A stretch of 64,000 bases of DNA from Verrucomicrobiia bacterium (GCA_963664225.1 OY760937.1:5120001-5184000); one strand, 5' to 3'. Shown: positions 10,683 to 23,485, numbered from the stretch's first letter. Program-made: numbers and translations. Notes: a model not told the origin generated them from the letters alone.

Positions 10683-11665
10683 TACGAAATGGAATCCAGA
10701 GATTTTTTAATGGCATTAACCACGCGGCGTTGGACGGAGAGGGGGGTGCCGCGCACGCGAGCGCCCGCCGCCGCCACATGCCCGCCGCCACCGAATTGAA
10801 GGGCGATCTTATTGACGTCCACATCCGGGCTTTTCGAGCGCAGGCTGATTCGCACCTCATCGGGTTTCACCTCTTCGAACATGCAGGCTACAACCACGGG
10901 TTCGATCGCGCGGATATGATCGATCAAACCCTCGCTATCGATTGTTCGAGCCCCGGTTTTTGTGAAATCCGAGGGTCTCAGCCAGAAATATCCAAGCTGG
11001 TTATGATGGACCAGTCGGAAGTGGTTGAGGACCCGCTGCATCAGCCGCACGCGGGAAAGAGGGTAAGATTGATAGACCTCCTCGCAAATCTTCGTCAGAT
11101 CTGCGCCGCGGCTCACCAACCGGCCCGCCACCACAAAACTGTTCGGACGCGTTGAGGCGTATTGGAAGGATCCAGTATCCGTCGAGATTGCCGTAAACAG
11201 GCAGTCCGCAATGGATGGAGTGATCGGCATGGAGCCAGCCGTCAATAATTGATAAATGATTTCACCCGTGGATGGCTCCTTGCTGGAGATCCAGTTGATA
11301 TCCGCGTAGCGCGTGTTGCTGGCGTGATGATCGATATTGATGAATACCGAGCGTTGCGTGGTGTGCCGCGCGCATTTGCCGAGCCGCTCCAGGCTGGCGC
11401 AATCCACCGCAATGACGCAATCGAATTCCTGCCCCTGGCGGGGGCGATCCATGAGTTTGTCCGTATCCAGGAAGGCGAGCTTTTGCGGAATGGGATCCTC
11501 GTTCCAGCAGGTGACTGTTTTTCCCGCGTTGCGCAGGGCCTGGGTTAATGCGAGTTCGGAGCCGATGCAATCGCCATCCGGGCGGACATGGCCAACGACG
11601 CAGACGCGCTCTGAGTCGCGAATTGCATCCAGAATTCGCGAAACGATTTTCGGACGTGTCTTCAT
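10682..11665 (-). CDS. nrnA: DHH/DHHA1 phosphoesterase (NrnA-like oligoribonuclease/pAp phosphatase)
   Basis: HVRPDGDC, IDHH, TDTGSF, GGGGHVAAAG; usual position after rbfA. Confidence 0.88.
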   Translation of the reverse strand: MKTRPKIVSRILDAIRDSERVCVVGHVRPDGDCIGSELALTQALRNAGKTVTCWNEDPIPQKLAFLDTDKLMDRPRQGQEFDCVIAVDCASLERLGKCARHTTQRSVFINIDHHASNTRYADINWISSKEPSTGEIIYQLLTAGSMPITPSIADCLFTAISTDTGSFQYASTRPNSFVVAGRLVSRGADLTKICEEVYQSYPLSRVRLMQRVLNHFRLVHHNQLGYFWLRPSDFTKTGARTIDSEGLIDHIRAIEPVVVACMFEEVKPDEVRISLRSKSPDVDVNKIALQFGGGGHVAAAGARVRGTPLSVQRRVVNAIKKSLDSIS

Positions 11666-12018
11666 TCCTCGGGTGAGTTTTTCTCCAGTTCTTCGATCAA
11701 CTGCAACACCCGGTTGCCGCGCTCCATGGCCTGGTCAAATTGAAATCGCAGGGCAGGGGAGTACTTCAGCACCACATTTTGCGCCACCATTGCCTGCAAG
11801 TGTTTGCGCTTTTTGCGCAATGTGGACATGCCCTTCTTACGCTGGGCGTCGCTGCCCAATATGCTCACATACACTATGGCGGAATGCATGTCGCTGCCTA
11901 CGACGACATCGTTGACATTTACCAGACCGGTTTCCTCAATCGACAATTCCTTACGGATCACCTCGCCGACCGCGCGGATCAATAATTCCCGAACTCGCTC
12001 ATGACGACGGTTTTCCAC
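11662..12018 (-). CDS. rbfA: Ribosome-binding factor A
   Basis: RRHERV start, LKYSPALRFQFD; follows infB. Confidence 0.92.
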   Translation of the reverse strand: MENRRHERVRELLIRAVGEVIRKELSIEETGLVNVNDVVVGSDMHSAIVYVSILGSDAQRKKGMSTLRKKRKHLQAMVAQNVVLKYSPALRFQFDQAMERGNRVLQLIEELEKNSPEE

Positions 12019-12027
12019 GGCTGTTCC

Positions 12028-14778
12028 TTACAGTTTCTGAGTGATCTTCTCGATCGTGTAGCTCTCGATCGCATCGCCGATCTGGAAATCTCCGAATCCT
12101 TCAATTCGAATACCGCATTCCATGCCCGCGCGCACCTCGTTGACTTCGTCCTGAAACCGGCGGATCGCGCTGATGACGCCCTCGAAAACCACATCTTTTC
12201 GGCGCAGCACCCGGCAACGTCCGCGAACGATGCGGCCATTGGAAATCATGCAACCAGCGACATTTCCACCCTTGGAAAGGGCGAAGAGCTTTTTGACTTC
12301 CGCCGAGCCCAGCACCACTTCCTTGGAGACGGGATCCAGCAGACCGGCCATGGCGTCTTTGACCTGGTCGATCAATTCGTAAATGATGGAGTAGAGTTTA
12401 ATCTGCACTCCTTCGCGCTTGGAGGCCTCGGTGGCCTCGTTATCCACGCGGGTATGGAATCCAAGGACGATCGCCTTGGACGCCGAGGCCAGAATCACGT
12501 CCGATTCTGTAATAATACCCACGGCGCTATGAACGACCTCCAGGGAGACCTTTTCAGAATCGATTTTTTTAAGCGCCTCTAAAATGGCTTCCACTGATCC
12601 CTGCATGTCCGCCTTGACCACGACCTTGAGGGTCTTGGCGCTTTCGGACGAGAGGCTGGCAAACAGATTCTCCAGTGTGACTTTGGGGCGATCCTCGGCA
12701 CCATGAACACGGGCGACTTCAGCCCTTTGTTCAGCCACTTCACGAGCGTCCTTTTCGCTCTCGACCACTGAAAACTCGAGGCCCGCCGCAGGCACGCCGT
12801 TCAAGCCCAGCAATTTTACCGCCACAGAGGGGCCGGCTGACTTCAACCTCTTGCCTTCCTCATTGGTCAGCGCCCGCGCTTTGCCGTAGTAGGGCCCGCA
12901 CAAAATAAGATTGCCTACGTTCAGCGTGCCTTTACGCACCAGAACGGTTGCTGTGGGACCGCCGGGTTCGAGCCCGGATTCAATGACGTTGCCTTTGGCA
13001 GCGCGGTCTGGATTGGCCTTTAACTCCATCATTTCCGCCTGAAGCAGAATCAACTCGAGCAACTTGTCCACACCCAGCTTCGTCAACGCAGAAAGATCCT
13101 GGAAGATGACGTTGCCACCCCACTCTTCGCATACCAGACCCGCCTCTTGCAGTTGTTGGCGCACACGCATCGGATTGGCGTTGGGATGATCGCATTTGTT
13201 TACCGCAACGATGATCGGAACTTTTGCCGCTTTTGCGTGGTTGATGGCCTCCACGGTTTGCGGCATGACTCCGTCGTTGGCCGCGACGACCAGCACCACG
13301 ATATCCGTCACATTGGCGCCGCGCGCGCGCATGGCGCTAAAGGCCGCATGACCTGGGGTATCCAAAAAGGTAATTTGCTGGATATCCTTCGGACGTTCTG
13401 GATGTGGGAATGAAATGGTATAGGCACCAATGTGTTGCGTGATGCCGCCCGCTTCACCGCCGGCTACATCCGATTTGCGAATTCCGTCGAGCAATGTGGT
13501 CTTGCCATGATCCACATGTCCCATGATCGTGACCACAGGGGGGCGTGGTTTGAGGCTTTCCGGTTTATCCTCAGTATCTTCCTCTTTCTTAACAACCGGC
13601 GCATGAACCTGACCGCCTCCGCGCTCCCGCTTTTCCACCTCGAACCGAAATCCGTACTTTGCGCACAACCGTTGAGCCACCGGTTCTTCGATGGTTTGAT
13701 TTACATTTGCAAAAACACCCAGTTCCATCAAATCAGCGATCAGTTGGAACGGTTTGCGTTTAAGCATGTCCGCCAGCGAACGAACAACGATCGGCGGCTT
13801 CATTGTCAACATCTCGCCGGTTGCAGGAGAGACGTATTTCGGTGTGTCCGATCCGCCTGGACGTCCACCCGCCGGCTTGACTTGGGGAGCCCCGTGCCGA
13901 GGCGGAAAAGGCTGTCGCGTGGGAAACCGGTTTTGCCCGGGACGATTAGTCCGAGGGTCCGGACGCGCTCCACGGCCCTGTTCGACGCGCGCGCCAGGAC
14001 GGGCCGGTAATTGGACGGAGCCGACTTTATCGCCGACTTTTGGTCCCGGTTTTGGCGGCAACACAATGAAACCGACTTTGTCTCCCACCTTCGGAATCGA
14101 CGGAGTTGGCGGTGTGGGGGGCTGGACGATGACTTTAATATCAGGCGCTTCGGAGGTTTTAATGACCTGAATAGTCGGTTCCGGCTGGACTGCAACGGGA
14201 CTGGCCGGAGGTTCCGGCGCGGGAGTCGGTGCCGGGCTGGAGATTGGCGCGGGAGCGACGATTGTGTGTGTCTTAACGATAGGCTCCGGAGTTTTGGGTT
14301 CCGCGACCACCGTTTCAATGGACGCTTGCAACTGCGCCTCTATTTTGGGAGCAGGAGCGGGTTCTGCAATAGGGGCAATAAGCTCCGGCGCTGTAGGTTG
14401 AATTTCAGCCACTACAGGTGTCGCCGGATGCATTTCAAGCACGGAAGCAGGATGCACCGTGGAGGGTATTTCCGGGGCGGGTTCATGCGCGGGCGCGGCA
14501 ACGGCTGCTGGAGCCGGAATGCTTGGTGGCACCGGCGCTTGAACTTCTGGCGTGGTGGCGGCGACGGCTACTTGTGGCGGCTGTGTCGGTTCTGCCACGG
14601 GCAAGGGAGCGGGCGCTGGTTTATATCCCAGTTGCTCCTCAAGATACTCGGCGGTGATTTTATCCAGCGAACTGGAGGGAACTCGTGCGGTGGAAATGCC
14701 CAGTTCCTTGGCTTTAACAAGGACTTCCTTGCTTTCGATACCTAGTTTTTTTGCAATGTCGTAAATCCGAACGGGCAT
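12028..14778 (-). CDS. infB: Translation initiation factor IF-2
   Basis: [31 protein letters not shown]; Pro/Ala/Glu-rich N-terminal linker. Confidence 0.98.
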   Translation of the reverse strand: MPVRIYDIAKKLGIESKEVLVKAKELGISTARVPSSSLDKITAEYLEEQLGYKPAPAPLPVAEPTQPPQVAVAATTPEVQAPVPPSIPAPAAVAAPAHEPAPEIPSTVHPASVLEMHPATPVVAEIQPTAPELIAPIAEPAPAPKIEAQLQASIETVVAEPKTPEPIVKTHTIVAPAPISSPAPTPAPEPPASPVAVQPEPTIQVIKTSEAPDIKVIVQPPTPPTPSIPKVGDKVGFIVLPPKPGPKVGDKVGSVQLPARPGARVEQGRGARPDPRTNRPGQNRFPTRQPFPPRHGAPQVKPAGGRPGGSDTPKYVSPATGEMLTMKPPIVVRSLADMLKRKPFQLIADLMELGVFANVNQTIEEPVAQRLCAKYGFRFEVEKRERGGGQVHAPVVKKEEDTEDKPESLKPRPPVVTIMGHVDHGKTTLLDGIRKSDVAGGEAGGITQHIGAYTISFPHPERPKDIQQITFLDTPGHAAFSAMRARGANVTDIVVLVVAANDGVMPQTVEAINHAKAAKVPIIVAVNKCDHPNANPMRVRQQLQEAGLVCEEWGGNVIFQDLSALTKLGVDKLLELILLQAEMMELKANPDRAAKGNVIESGLEPGGPTATVLVRKGTLNVGNLILCGPYYGKARALTNEEGKRLKSAGPSVAVKLLGLNGVPAAGLEFSVVESEKDAREVAEQRAEVARVHGAEDRPKVTLENLFASLSSESAKTLKVVVKADMQGSVEAILEALKKIDSEKVSLEVVHSAVGIITESDVILASASKAIVLGFHTRVDNEATEASKREGVQIKLYSIIYELIDQVKDAMAGLLDPVSKEVVLGSAEVKKLFALSKGGNVAGCMISNGRIVRGRCRVLRRKDVVFEGVISAIRRFQDEVNEVRAGMECGIRIEGFGDFQIGDAIESYTIEKITQKL

Positions 14779-14860
14779 ATATTCCTTCGCGTCTCGCTCT
14801 TAACCACCTGGAGTTCATGGATGCTGACTTATTGTAGCTGGCACCAGGCGATTTTAAAAA

Positions 14861-16138
14861 TTAAGCGGTTGTGGTTTCTCCATTCCCGGGTTCACGACGC
14901 GCGATTTCCGCGCGCACAGCCCCAATAATGGCACCCGCTTGGTCTCCGATCTGCGTAATGGCAGCCAAATCGCTTTCCTCGGCTTGAGATAAATCGTCCA
15001 GACTGAGAAAACCGGCATGGACGAGTGCGTTGGCTTGTGGTGGCAGGATGCCTGGAATGGCGGCGATATGTCTTACCGCTTCCGCCACCTTCTCATCAAA
15101 ACCCATCTTTGCAGCCACTTCCGGTTCGATGTCCACCTGCCAACCGCAGAGTCTGGACGTCAATCGGGCGTTTTGGCCACGCTTGCCAATGGCCAGGGAA
15201 AGTTGATCCTCCGTGGTCTGAACAATCACGCGCTTGCGGTCGGCATCCACCAAGAAACTCTTCAATTTGGCTGGAGCCAAGGCATTGGTGACATAAATGC
15301 GGATGTCCGGATCCCATTTAATAATGTCGACCTTTTCATTGTTCAATTCGCGAACGATGTTTTTGACCCGCTGCCCACGTAATCCGACGCATGCGCCAAC
15401 CGGGTCCACCTTTTCATCGCGTGAATAGACCGCAATCTTGGTGCGAAAACCCGGCTCGCGGGCAATGCCCTTGATCTCAATGGTGCCATCGTTGATTTCC
15501 GAGACTTCCAATTGAAACAATTTGACTACAAATTGGGGGTCCGCACGGGACAAGATGATTTCAGGACCGTGGGCTGTGTTTTCCACAGCTTTAACATAAC
15601 AACGCAAACGTTCACCGACCTGGTATTCCTCCGTTGGCACGCGTTCGCGACTGGGCAATAAGGCCTCGTAGCGTCCCAGATCGATGCTTACATCCGAACG
15701 CTCGAAGCGCCTCACAATGCCGCTGACAATATCCCCGGCGCGATCTTTGAATTCGTTGTAAATCAGATCTTTTTCGGCCCGGCGGATGTGTTGCATCAAG
15801 GCTTGCTTGGCATATTGAGAGGCGATACGGCCAAAATTGGCCGGCGTGACTTCAATTTCGAGCTCTTGACCCAATTCCGCATCGGGCTTGGAACGCCGGG
15901 CGTCGATCAAACTGACCTGATCGTGTTTGGAAGCCACTTTTTCAACCACTTCCAGGCTCGCAAAGGCCTTGATATCGCCTGATTTGGGATCAATGGTGCA
16001 GCGCAGGTTGCGAGCAGGTCCAACCGCCTTTTTCGCGGCTGAGACCAGTGCTTCCTGTACAGCCCCAAGGAGAACATCCTTTCGGATGCCTTTTTCTCTT
16101 TCCCAGTAGTCCAAGACGGCTATAAATTCTGCGTTCAT
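14861..16138 (-). CDS. nusA: Transcription termination/antitermination factor NusA
   Basis: FGRIASQYAKQ, AREPGFRTKIAV, DPVGACVG, AIGKRGQNARL. Confidence 0.97.
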   Translation of the reverse strand: MNAEFIAVLDYWEREKGIRKDVLLGAVQEALVSAAKKAVGPARNLRCTIDPKSGDIKAFASLEVVEKVASKHDQVSLIDARRSKPDAELGQELEIEVTPANFGRIASQYAKQALMQHIRRAEKDLIYNEFKDRAGDIVSGIVRRFERSDVSIDLGRYEALLPSRERVPTEEYQVGERLRCYVKAVENTAHGPEIILSRADPQFVVKLFQLEVSEINDGTIEIKGIAREPGFRTKIAVYSRDEKVDPVGACVGLRGQRVKNIVRELNNEKVDIIKWDPDIRIYVTNALAPAKLKSFLVDADRKRVIVQTTEDQLSLAIGKRGQNARLTSRLCGWQVDIEPEVAAKMGFDEKVAEAVRHIAAIPGILPPQANALVHAGFLSLDDLSQAEESDLAAITQIGDQAGAIIGAVRAEIARREPGNGETTTA

Positions 16139-16167
16139 AACTCAATTCCGCATTCCCACTTGGGGAA

Positions 16168-16200
16168 TAAAAAAGTCGGTAGATGATTCTCTCCGACTTC
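16168..16200 (-). terminator. Intrinsic terminator in the nusA leader (attenuator candidate)
   Basis: Minus strand AAGTCGG...CCGACTT stem followed by a T-run, about 30 nt upstream of nusA ATG. Confidence 0.65.
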
Positions 16201-16390
16201 GGCGCGCTGGCTGACCAGCCCAAGTTTCCATTGCTAACACAAAAATAGAGGCAGCCAAGAAATGAGTCAAGCTTCAAAAACTCAAAACTCGGTGCCTAAA
16301 TACAGTACCAATGCCGATGAAATCTCGAAAAACCAATCAACGCGCTCTGCAGGACTGCCCGTCCCTTAAAACAGTGCTTGATCGATATTT

Positions 16391-17269
16391 CTAAAAATCC
16401 ACAGCTTCGATTGCCGTTAAAGTTACATGAAGCTGCGCCGTAAGCAACTCCACATCCCGCTGGTCCAAAACCAGCGTCTTCCCGCCTTCGATCGCCAGAA
16501 CCCGGATTCCCACTTTGGCGCAGGTTTCGATGGTTTTCGGTCCGGTGCAGGGGATGTCAAACCGCATGTCGTGGTTTTTTTTGGCCACCTTGATTGCAAC
16601 AGCGCCGCCTTCCTTGCCTGCCAGTTCACCTCCCCGGGCCAGACAGGCATCTGTCCCTTCAAAGCCCTCAACAGCAAGCACAACGCCATTCTTAACCACC
16701 ACAGTCTGGCCGATATCCAGACGGGAGATTTCTTTGGCGATTCGCAGGCCAAATGCCACATCCTCCGTTTGGTCGTTGGTTAATGGCCTGCCGAGTCGGA
16801 ACCCCTCTTTTGGCATCAAGGGTTTGAGCCAGGGAAGGGCCGGAATGAGTGTGACACCACCTTTTTGAAGTTCATCGGCAACAGCTCCAAAGATGGTGTG
16901 CGCATTTTTTTCCTTCAAGCGGAGAAGCAAACTCAAGGCTCGCAGGTCCGGCCGCAAGTCAAACAGGTTTTTCGGGGCGATTTGGCCCGCCATGACGCAT
17001 TGAGTGATTTTGCGATCTCGAAATGCGGCAATGAGCTTTGAAAGTTGGCCGATCTTCAGCCATACAATCTCATCGACGAACCGCGCCAGTTCGGGATTGG
17101 TTTCGCCATCGAAGGCGACAGCCACTAACCGCCGCACTCCCATGCGCCTGGCCTGTTCGCAAAGCAGCATGGGCAGGTTCCTGTTTCCCGCAATCACACC
17201 GAGTGAATCCGGCTGGTCCGGGCCTGTCTGAATGTTATTTGAAGCAGCGCTCGCTCTAGGCTCGTTCAT
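16391..17269 (-). CDS. lpxI: UDP-2,3-diacylglucosamine diphosphatase LpxI (DUF1009)
   Basis: LGVIAGN, DIGQTVVV, AVEGFEGTD, DMRFDIP. Confidence 0.88.
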   Translation of the reverse strand: MNEPRASAASNNIQTGPDQPDSLGVIAGNRNLPMLLCEQARRMGVRRLVAVAFDGETNPELARFVDEIVWLKIGQLSKLIAAFRDRKITQCVMAGQIAPKNLFDLRPDLRALSLLLRLKEKNAHTIFGAVADELQKGGVTLIPALPWLKPLMPKEGFRLGRPLTNDQTEDVAFGLRIAKEISRLDIGQTVVVKNGVVLAVEGFEGTDACLARGGELAGKEGGAVAIKVAKKNHDMRFDIPCTGPKTIETCAKVGIRVLAIEGGKTLVLDQRDVELLTAQLHVTLTAIEAVDF

Positions 17270-17581
17270 GTTTGGTATCGTTTGTAATGGATGAATAACC
17301 GACCGGATGATGCGAATTCAATGTTTATTGGTGGGATCGATCTGCGATGGGGGGATTGCGCGACCTGGTTTGCAGTTGCTTCTATTATTCGCATTTTTTG
17401 TTGGACGATTCAAAGCGCATCAACTGAATATTTTGGCAAAAGTGTGCCGGATAACCTGTCACAGTAAAGATTCCAGTGTGACAGACTGACTCAAATGGCA
17501 CAGGTTGGAATTCGCGATTGATGGCTTTAATAAAAACGTAAGTAGTTTAATCGGAATTAATTATATATAAATATACTCCAA

Positions 17582-17597
17582 TGGCATCTTAATTGCT
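17582..17597 (+). promoter_or_regulatory. Sigma-54 (-24/-12) promoter candidate for dnaK-groES-groEL
   Basis: TGGCATCTTAATTGCT: GG at 17583-84 and GC at 17595-96 with the required 10-nt spacing; preceded by an AT-rich tract. Confidence 0.65.
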
Positions 17598-17778
17598 GGA
17601 AGGGTGCCAGTTACGGATGAGCGGTTAGGGTATTACTATGGAAGCCGCCACTGGTGCCTGAAGGCCGAATTGGATTGGGATCCCAAAAAAGGATTCCCAT
17701 GACGATGAGGGCTTCGGGCTGAATATGTGGTGGGATGGGTTCAGTTCATCGTTGGATTGAAAAATTTATATAAAGAAT

Positions 17779-19719
17779 ATGGCAAAGGTACTTGGCATTG
17801 ATTTAGGGACAACCAACTCTTGTATGGCGGTCATGGAGGGTGGAGACCCAGTGGTGCTTGAAAATTCCGAGGGCAAGCGCACCACGCCATCGGTGGTGGC
17901 ATTTACAAAGACAGGCGAACGTTTGGTGGGTGAGGCGGCCAAGCGCCAGGCTGTGACCAATTCGCGCAATACGATTTATTCCATCAAGCGATTCATGGGG
18001 CGCAAGTTTGACGAGGTCCAGGAAGAGATCAAACGCATCCCCTACAAGGTCGTGCGCGCCAGCAATGGAGACGCCGCGGTGGAAGTGGAAATCGACGGCC
18101 AGCCCAAACTGTTCAGCCCGCCCGAGATTTCGGCGATGATTCTGGCCAAGCTCAAAGCCGATGCGGAGATGCGCCTGGGCGAGAAAATCACGCAGGCGGT
18201 GGTTACTGTTCCCGCCTATTTCAACGATTCTCAACGCCAGGCCACCAAGGATGCCGGTCGCATCGCGGGTTTGGAAGTGCTGCGTATTATTAATGAGCCG
18301 ACGGCCGCATCACTCGCCTACGGTTTGGACAAGAAAAAGGACGAGAAGATCGCGGTTTACGATCTGGGCGGCGGCACATTCGACATCTCAGTGCTCGAAA
18401 TTGGCGATGGCGTTTTCGAGGTCAAGGCGACCAACGGGGATACGCATTTGGGCGGCGATGACTGGGATAACCGGATCATGGATTGGATTCTGGATGAATT
18501 CAAGAAGGACCAGGGAATTGATTTGCGCAAACAGCCAGACGCCTTGCAACGCATCAAGGAGGAGGCTGAAAAGGCCAAGATCGCGTTATCGAGCGCGCAG
18601 CAATATGACATCAACCTGCCTTTCGTGACGGCGGATGCCTCCGGGCCCAAGCACATTTCAACCAAGCTGACCCGGGCAAAAATGGAGCAGTTGTGCGACG
18701 ATTTGTTTGAGCGCACGGTCATTCCGGTGAAGAATTGTCTGCGGGATGCGGATCTAAGCGCGGCCAAGATTGACGAGTTGGTGCTGGTGGGTGGCATGAC
18801 CCGCATGCCGCGCGTGGTCGAGACGGCGCATACGCTGGTGAACAAGGCCCCGCATCAGGGAGTGAACCCGGACGAAGTGGTGGCCGTGGGCGCCGGCATT
18901 CAAGGCGGCGTGCTCAAAGGCGACGTCAAGGACGTGCTGTTGCTCGATGTGACCCCGCTGTCGCTGGGCATCGAAACGTTGGGCGGAGTATTCACGCGCT
19001 TGATCGAGCGTAATACGACTGTTCCCACGCGCAAATCAGAGATTTTCTCCACGGCATCGGACAACCAGCCCGGGGTTGAAATTCATGTGCTGCAAGGAGA
19101 GCGGCCGATGTCCCGGGACAATAAGACGATCGGTAAATTCCAATTGACGGACATTCCTCCGGCCCCTCGCGGCATGCCGCAGATTGAGGTGACTTTTGAC
19201 ATCGATGCCAATGGCATCTTGCATGTCAGCGCCAAGGATCTGGGCACGGGCAAGGAGCAGAAAATCACGATCACCGCCAGCAGCGGCCTGAGCAAGGACG
19301 AGATCGAGAAGATGCGCAAAGAGGCGGAACTCCATGCGGAGGATGACAAGCAGCAACGTGAATCCATTGAGGCGCGCAATGAAGCCGATAATGGGGTTTA
19401 TCGCTCGGAAAAAATGCTGCGCGATAATGCGGATAAGATTTCAGCGGGTGACAAGGAGAAGATTGAGAAGGCGGTGGTTGCGGTCAAGGAGGCGCTCAAA
19501 GGCACTGATGCCGCGGCGATCAAGACTGCGAGCGAGAAACTCAACGAAGCCTGGCAATCTGTTTCCGCGGAACTTTACAAGGCGGCGGCGGACAAGGCCC
19601 GCGCTGAGAAACCTTCTGCGGGTGGACCTGATCCCGCATCCGCTCCCAAGGATTCGTCCGGCAAGAAGGATGACGGTCCCATCATCGATGCGGAAGTGGT
19701 CGATGACAAAAAGAATTAA
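17779..19719 (+). CDS. dnaK: Chaperone DnaK
   Basis: [31 protein letters not shown]. Confidence 0.99.
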   Translation: MAKVLGIDLGTTNSCMAVMEGGDPVVLENSEGKRTTPSVVAFTKTGERLVGEAAKRQAVTNSRNTIYSIKRFMGRKFDEVQEEIKRIPYKVVRASNGDAAVEVEIDGQPKLFSPPEISAMILAKLKADAEMRLGEKITQAVVTVPAYFNDSQRQATKDAGRIAGLEVLRIINEPTAASLAYGLDKKKDEKIAVYDLGGGTFDISVLEIGDGVFEVKATNGDTHLGGDDWDNRIMDWILDEFKKDQGIDLRKQPDALQRIKEEAEKAKIALSSAQQYDINLPFVTADASGPKHISTKLTRAKMEQLCDDLFERTVIPVKNCLRDADLSAAKIDELVLVGGMTRMPRVVETAHTLVNKAPHQGVNPDEVVAVGAGIQGGVLKGDVKDVLLLDVTPLSLGIETLGGVFTRLIERNTTVPTRKSEIFSTASDNQPGVEIHVLQGERPMSRDNKTIGKFQLTDIPPAPRGMPQIEVTFDIDANGILHVSAKDLGTGKEQKITITASSGLSKDEIEKMRKEAELHAEDDKQQRESIEARNEADNGVYRSEKMLRDNADKISAGDKEKIEKAVVAVKEALKGTDAAAIKTASEKLNEAWQSVSAELYKAAADKARAEKPSAGGPDPASAPKDSSGKKDDGPIIDAEVVDDKKN

Positions 19720-19857
19720 CGCCCGCATGGCCGCGCCGCTCCTGAACGGAGGGGCGCGACCCGGGCAAATTTTAACCAGTCATAATCAAGTTCTCCCGGC
19801 GGGTGCGCGGGAGGAAAAACACTCGGTTAAACAACCAACAACAAAGGAAATACCAAC

Positions 19858-20151
19858 ATGGCTATGAACCTTAAACCGCTCGGAGATCGTATCCTCGTGG
19901 AACTGGTCGAAGAGAAGGAAGTTAAGAAGGGTGGCATCATCATTCCCGATGCCGCGAAGGAAAAACCGACCGAAGCGACCGTTGTGGCGCTGGGCACGGG
20001 CAAGTTAGACGATCAGGGCAAGAAGATCGCTTTTGAAGTCAAAAAGGGCGACCGGGTGCTGATCAGCAAATATGGCGGTACGGATGTCAAAGTCGAGGGC
20101 AAGGAATACAAGCTGCTCAATAGCGACGACATCCTGGCGATCATCGATTAA
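19858..20151 (+). CDS. groES: Co-chaperonin GroES
   Basis: [36 protein letters not shown]. Confidence 0.98.
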   Translation: MAMNLKPLGDRILVELVEEKEVKKGGIIIPDAAKEKPTEATVVALGTGKLDDQGKKIAFEVKKGDRVLISKYGGTDVKVEGKEYKLLNSDDILAIID

Positions 20152-21837
<1,686 letters not shown>

Positions 21838-21870
21838 GTCCAACCATCATTTCATCAAAATCGAATTCAC

Positions 21871-21900
21871 GAGGCTGGCTTCATGCCAGCCTCTTTTTTT
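21871..21900 (+). terminator. Rho-independent terminator of dnaK-groESL
   Basis: GAGGCTGGC/GCCAGCCTC 9-bp stem then T7. Confidence 0.9.
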
Positions 21901-22236
21901 GTACTAATGGGCGCGCGATGGGAATCTTTAGAAGTCGCCGGGAAGGGGAGGAAGGTGCTTGAATTGTGACGCACGATGTTGAAGCAGGATTCACGTAGAA
22001 TTTCAAAAACGCGTAACGTGATTGTTTGACCCTGTGGATTGCTCTGATTCAATATCCAGGGTTGCAGTTCGCTTTTATGCGGAGGATTCCTGATGGCTTC
22101 TCCAGTACATGTTACCCGCCCCAAGAGCGCTGATTACGTTAACTGCCAGCGGGCTTGAGGCGGGAAAGAGAGAGCGAAGTTCTCTCAAATTAGCATCGGG
22201 TGCCGCCCTGTTTGGGCAGCGCCCTGACTGTCTTGA

Positions 22237-23034
22237 TTATTTAGGCTCGGACACGACATTCATCTGCAATGTGACCGCAGTCTGGGCCAGCGCCCGGCCT
22301 TCCAGAGAGGCGCCGGTTTGCATTGCAATCGCGGTCTGGCACAAGATGATTCCCTTGAACTGAGCCGTCGTTCCAATGGTCGTTGCGCCGGCTATCTGCC
22401 AGAAGACGTTCTTGGCCTGGGCGCCGCCGGTCAGGGTGACAATGGCCCCGTTGCCGACGGTCAGCCCCTGCGCTATCTGGAAGATCCAGACCGCATTAGC
22501 GTCCCCTTGGGCGTCGAGTGTGACCGCGGTGGGAATGAGCACCGGTGTGGCCCATTTGTAGAGGCCCGGAGCGATTCGCATCCCGTCAATATTTCCGGCC
22601 CCGAGTTCAACGGCAGCGGGTAACGTCCGGCCCGCAGCGTCAGTGTATGCGGTTTCCATGGCGCTGACCGCCGCAGTCAATAAAACGGGGTAGGTCACCT
22701 TGCAAGCGGGACCCGCAGCGTCCACGGTGTAGATGGTCCCGGTTACTTCCGCGCAGCCCAGGCCCGTAATGGCAGCACCGGTGATTGGACTTGTTCCAAT
22801 ATTGCCAGTGATGGCAGAGGAAGGAACATCGGTGACTCCTGTTTTGGAGAGAATCGCAAAACTGCCGGCCCAACCGAGATCAACCGGCGCCAGAGCAGCC
22901 ATTCCTGCGGAGGCACTGGAGAGCAACGCCAAGAGGGCGGCCATCAAACTGATGGAGATTTTATTATTCGACGCTGTGCAGATAAGCGGCGCGGGTGCGC
23001 CTACGGTTTGTTTTACCTCTTGATTGTTATGCAT
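22237..23034 (-). CDS. Secreted DUF3494 (ice-binding-like beta-solenoid) protein
   Basis: Hydrophobic signal, then PVDLG-AGSFAILSKTG, TAYTDAAGR, PGLYKW, VWIFQI, GGAQAKNVFWQ, GRALAQTAVTL. Confidence 0.9.
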   Translation of the reverse strand: MHNNQEVKQTVGAPAPLICTASNNKISISLMAALLALLSSASAGMAALAPVDLGWAGSFAILSKTGVTDVPSSAITGNIGTSPITGAAITGLGCAEVTGTIYTVDAAGPACKVTYPVLLTAAVSAMETAYTDAAGRTLPAAVELGAGNIDGMRIAPGLYKWATPVLIPTAVTLDAQGDANAVWIFQIAQGLTVGNGAIVTLTGGAQAKNVFWQIAGATTIGTTAQFKGIILCQTAIAMQTGASLEGRALAQTAVTLQMNVVSEPK

Positions 23035-23407
23035 GTGATTTTTTTGTTTTGATGATTAATTATTTAACCAACTGCATGAGAGTGGACCGGGAGGCGCGCG
23101 GGGTCTATTCAGGGGTATACCCCGGGGGACTTCCCCCCATCGGAGGTTTGCTCAAGGATCGCGAAACCGCGACGCGAGTGTTCACCCCATGGTTTGATGC
23201 GGTTCTGATCATCCTTGTTTGCAGTGATAGCATCCCTGAATCCTGAAGTTTCGACAAAAAGGGCTGAAGTTCCATCCTCAGAAGGCACCGCTTATAAATC
23301 AACCGGAACATCCGACATGCATATTTCAGAATCGAGAGGACTTCCAATTCTGAACTTTGGCGTCCTTTATTTTGAGATAACCCGCTTTTTTTGGAATAAA
23401 GCGGGTA

Positions 23408-23436
23408 TTGACACATTTAGACAGGTTCTATACCAT
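23408..23436 (+). promoter_or_regulatory. Sigma-70 promoter of the HTH-EIIA/Ehr operon, overlapped by GACA/TGTC operator repeats
   Basis: TTGACA (23408-13), 17 nt, TACCAT (23431-36). Confidence 0.65.
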
Positions 23437-23485
23437 GTCCAAGCTTGTCCAAATAGTGGGACAAAAAGTCTTAATTTAAGAAAAA

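Noticed and set aside
17270..17778. CIRCE/HrcA operator before dnaK or groES
   Set aside because: No TTAGCACTC-N9-GAGTGCTAA match seen here or in 19720-19857
23035..23400. c-di-GMP riboswitch upstream of the DUF3494 gene
   Set aside because: Only a GCAAACC fragment is present on the minus strand; the GNRA/receptor and second stem are not recognisable
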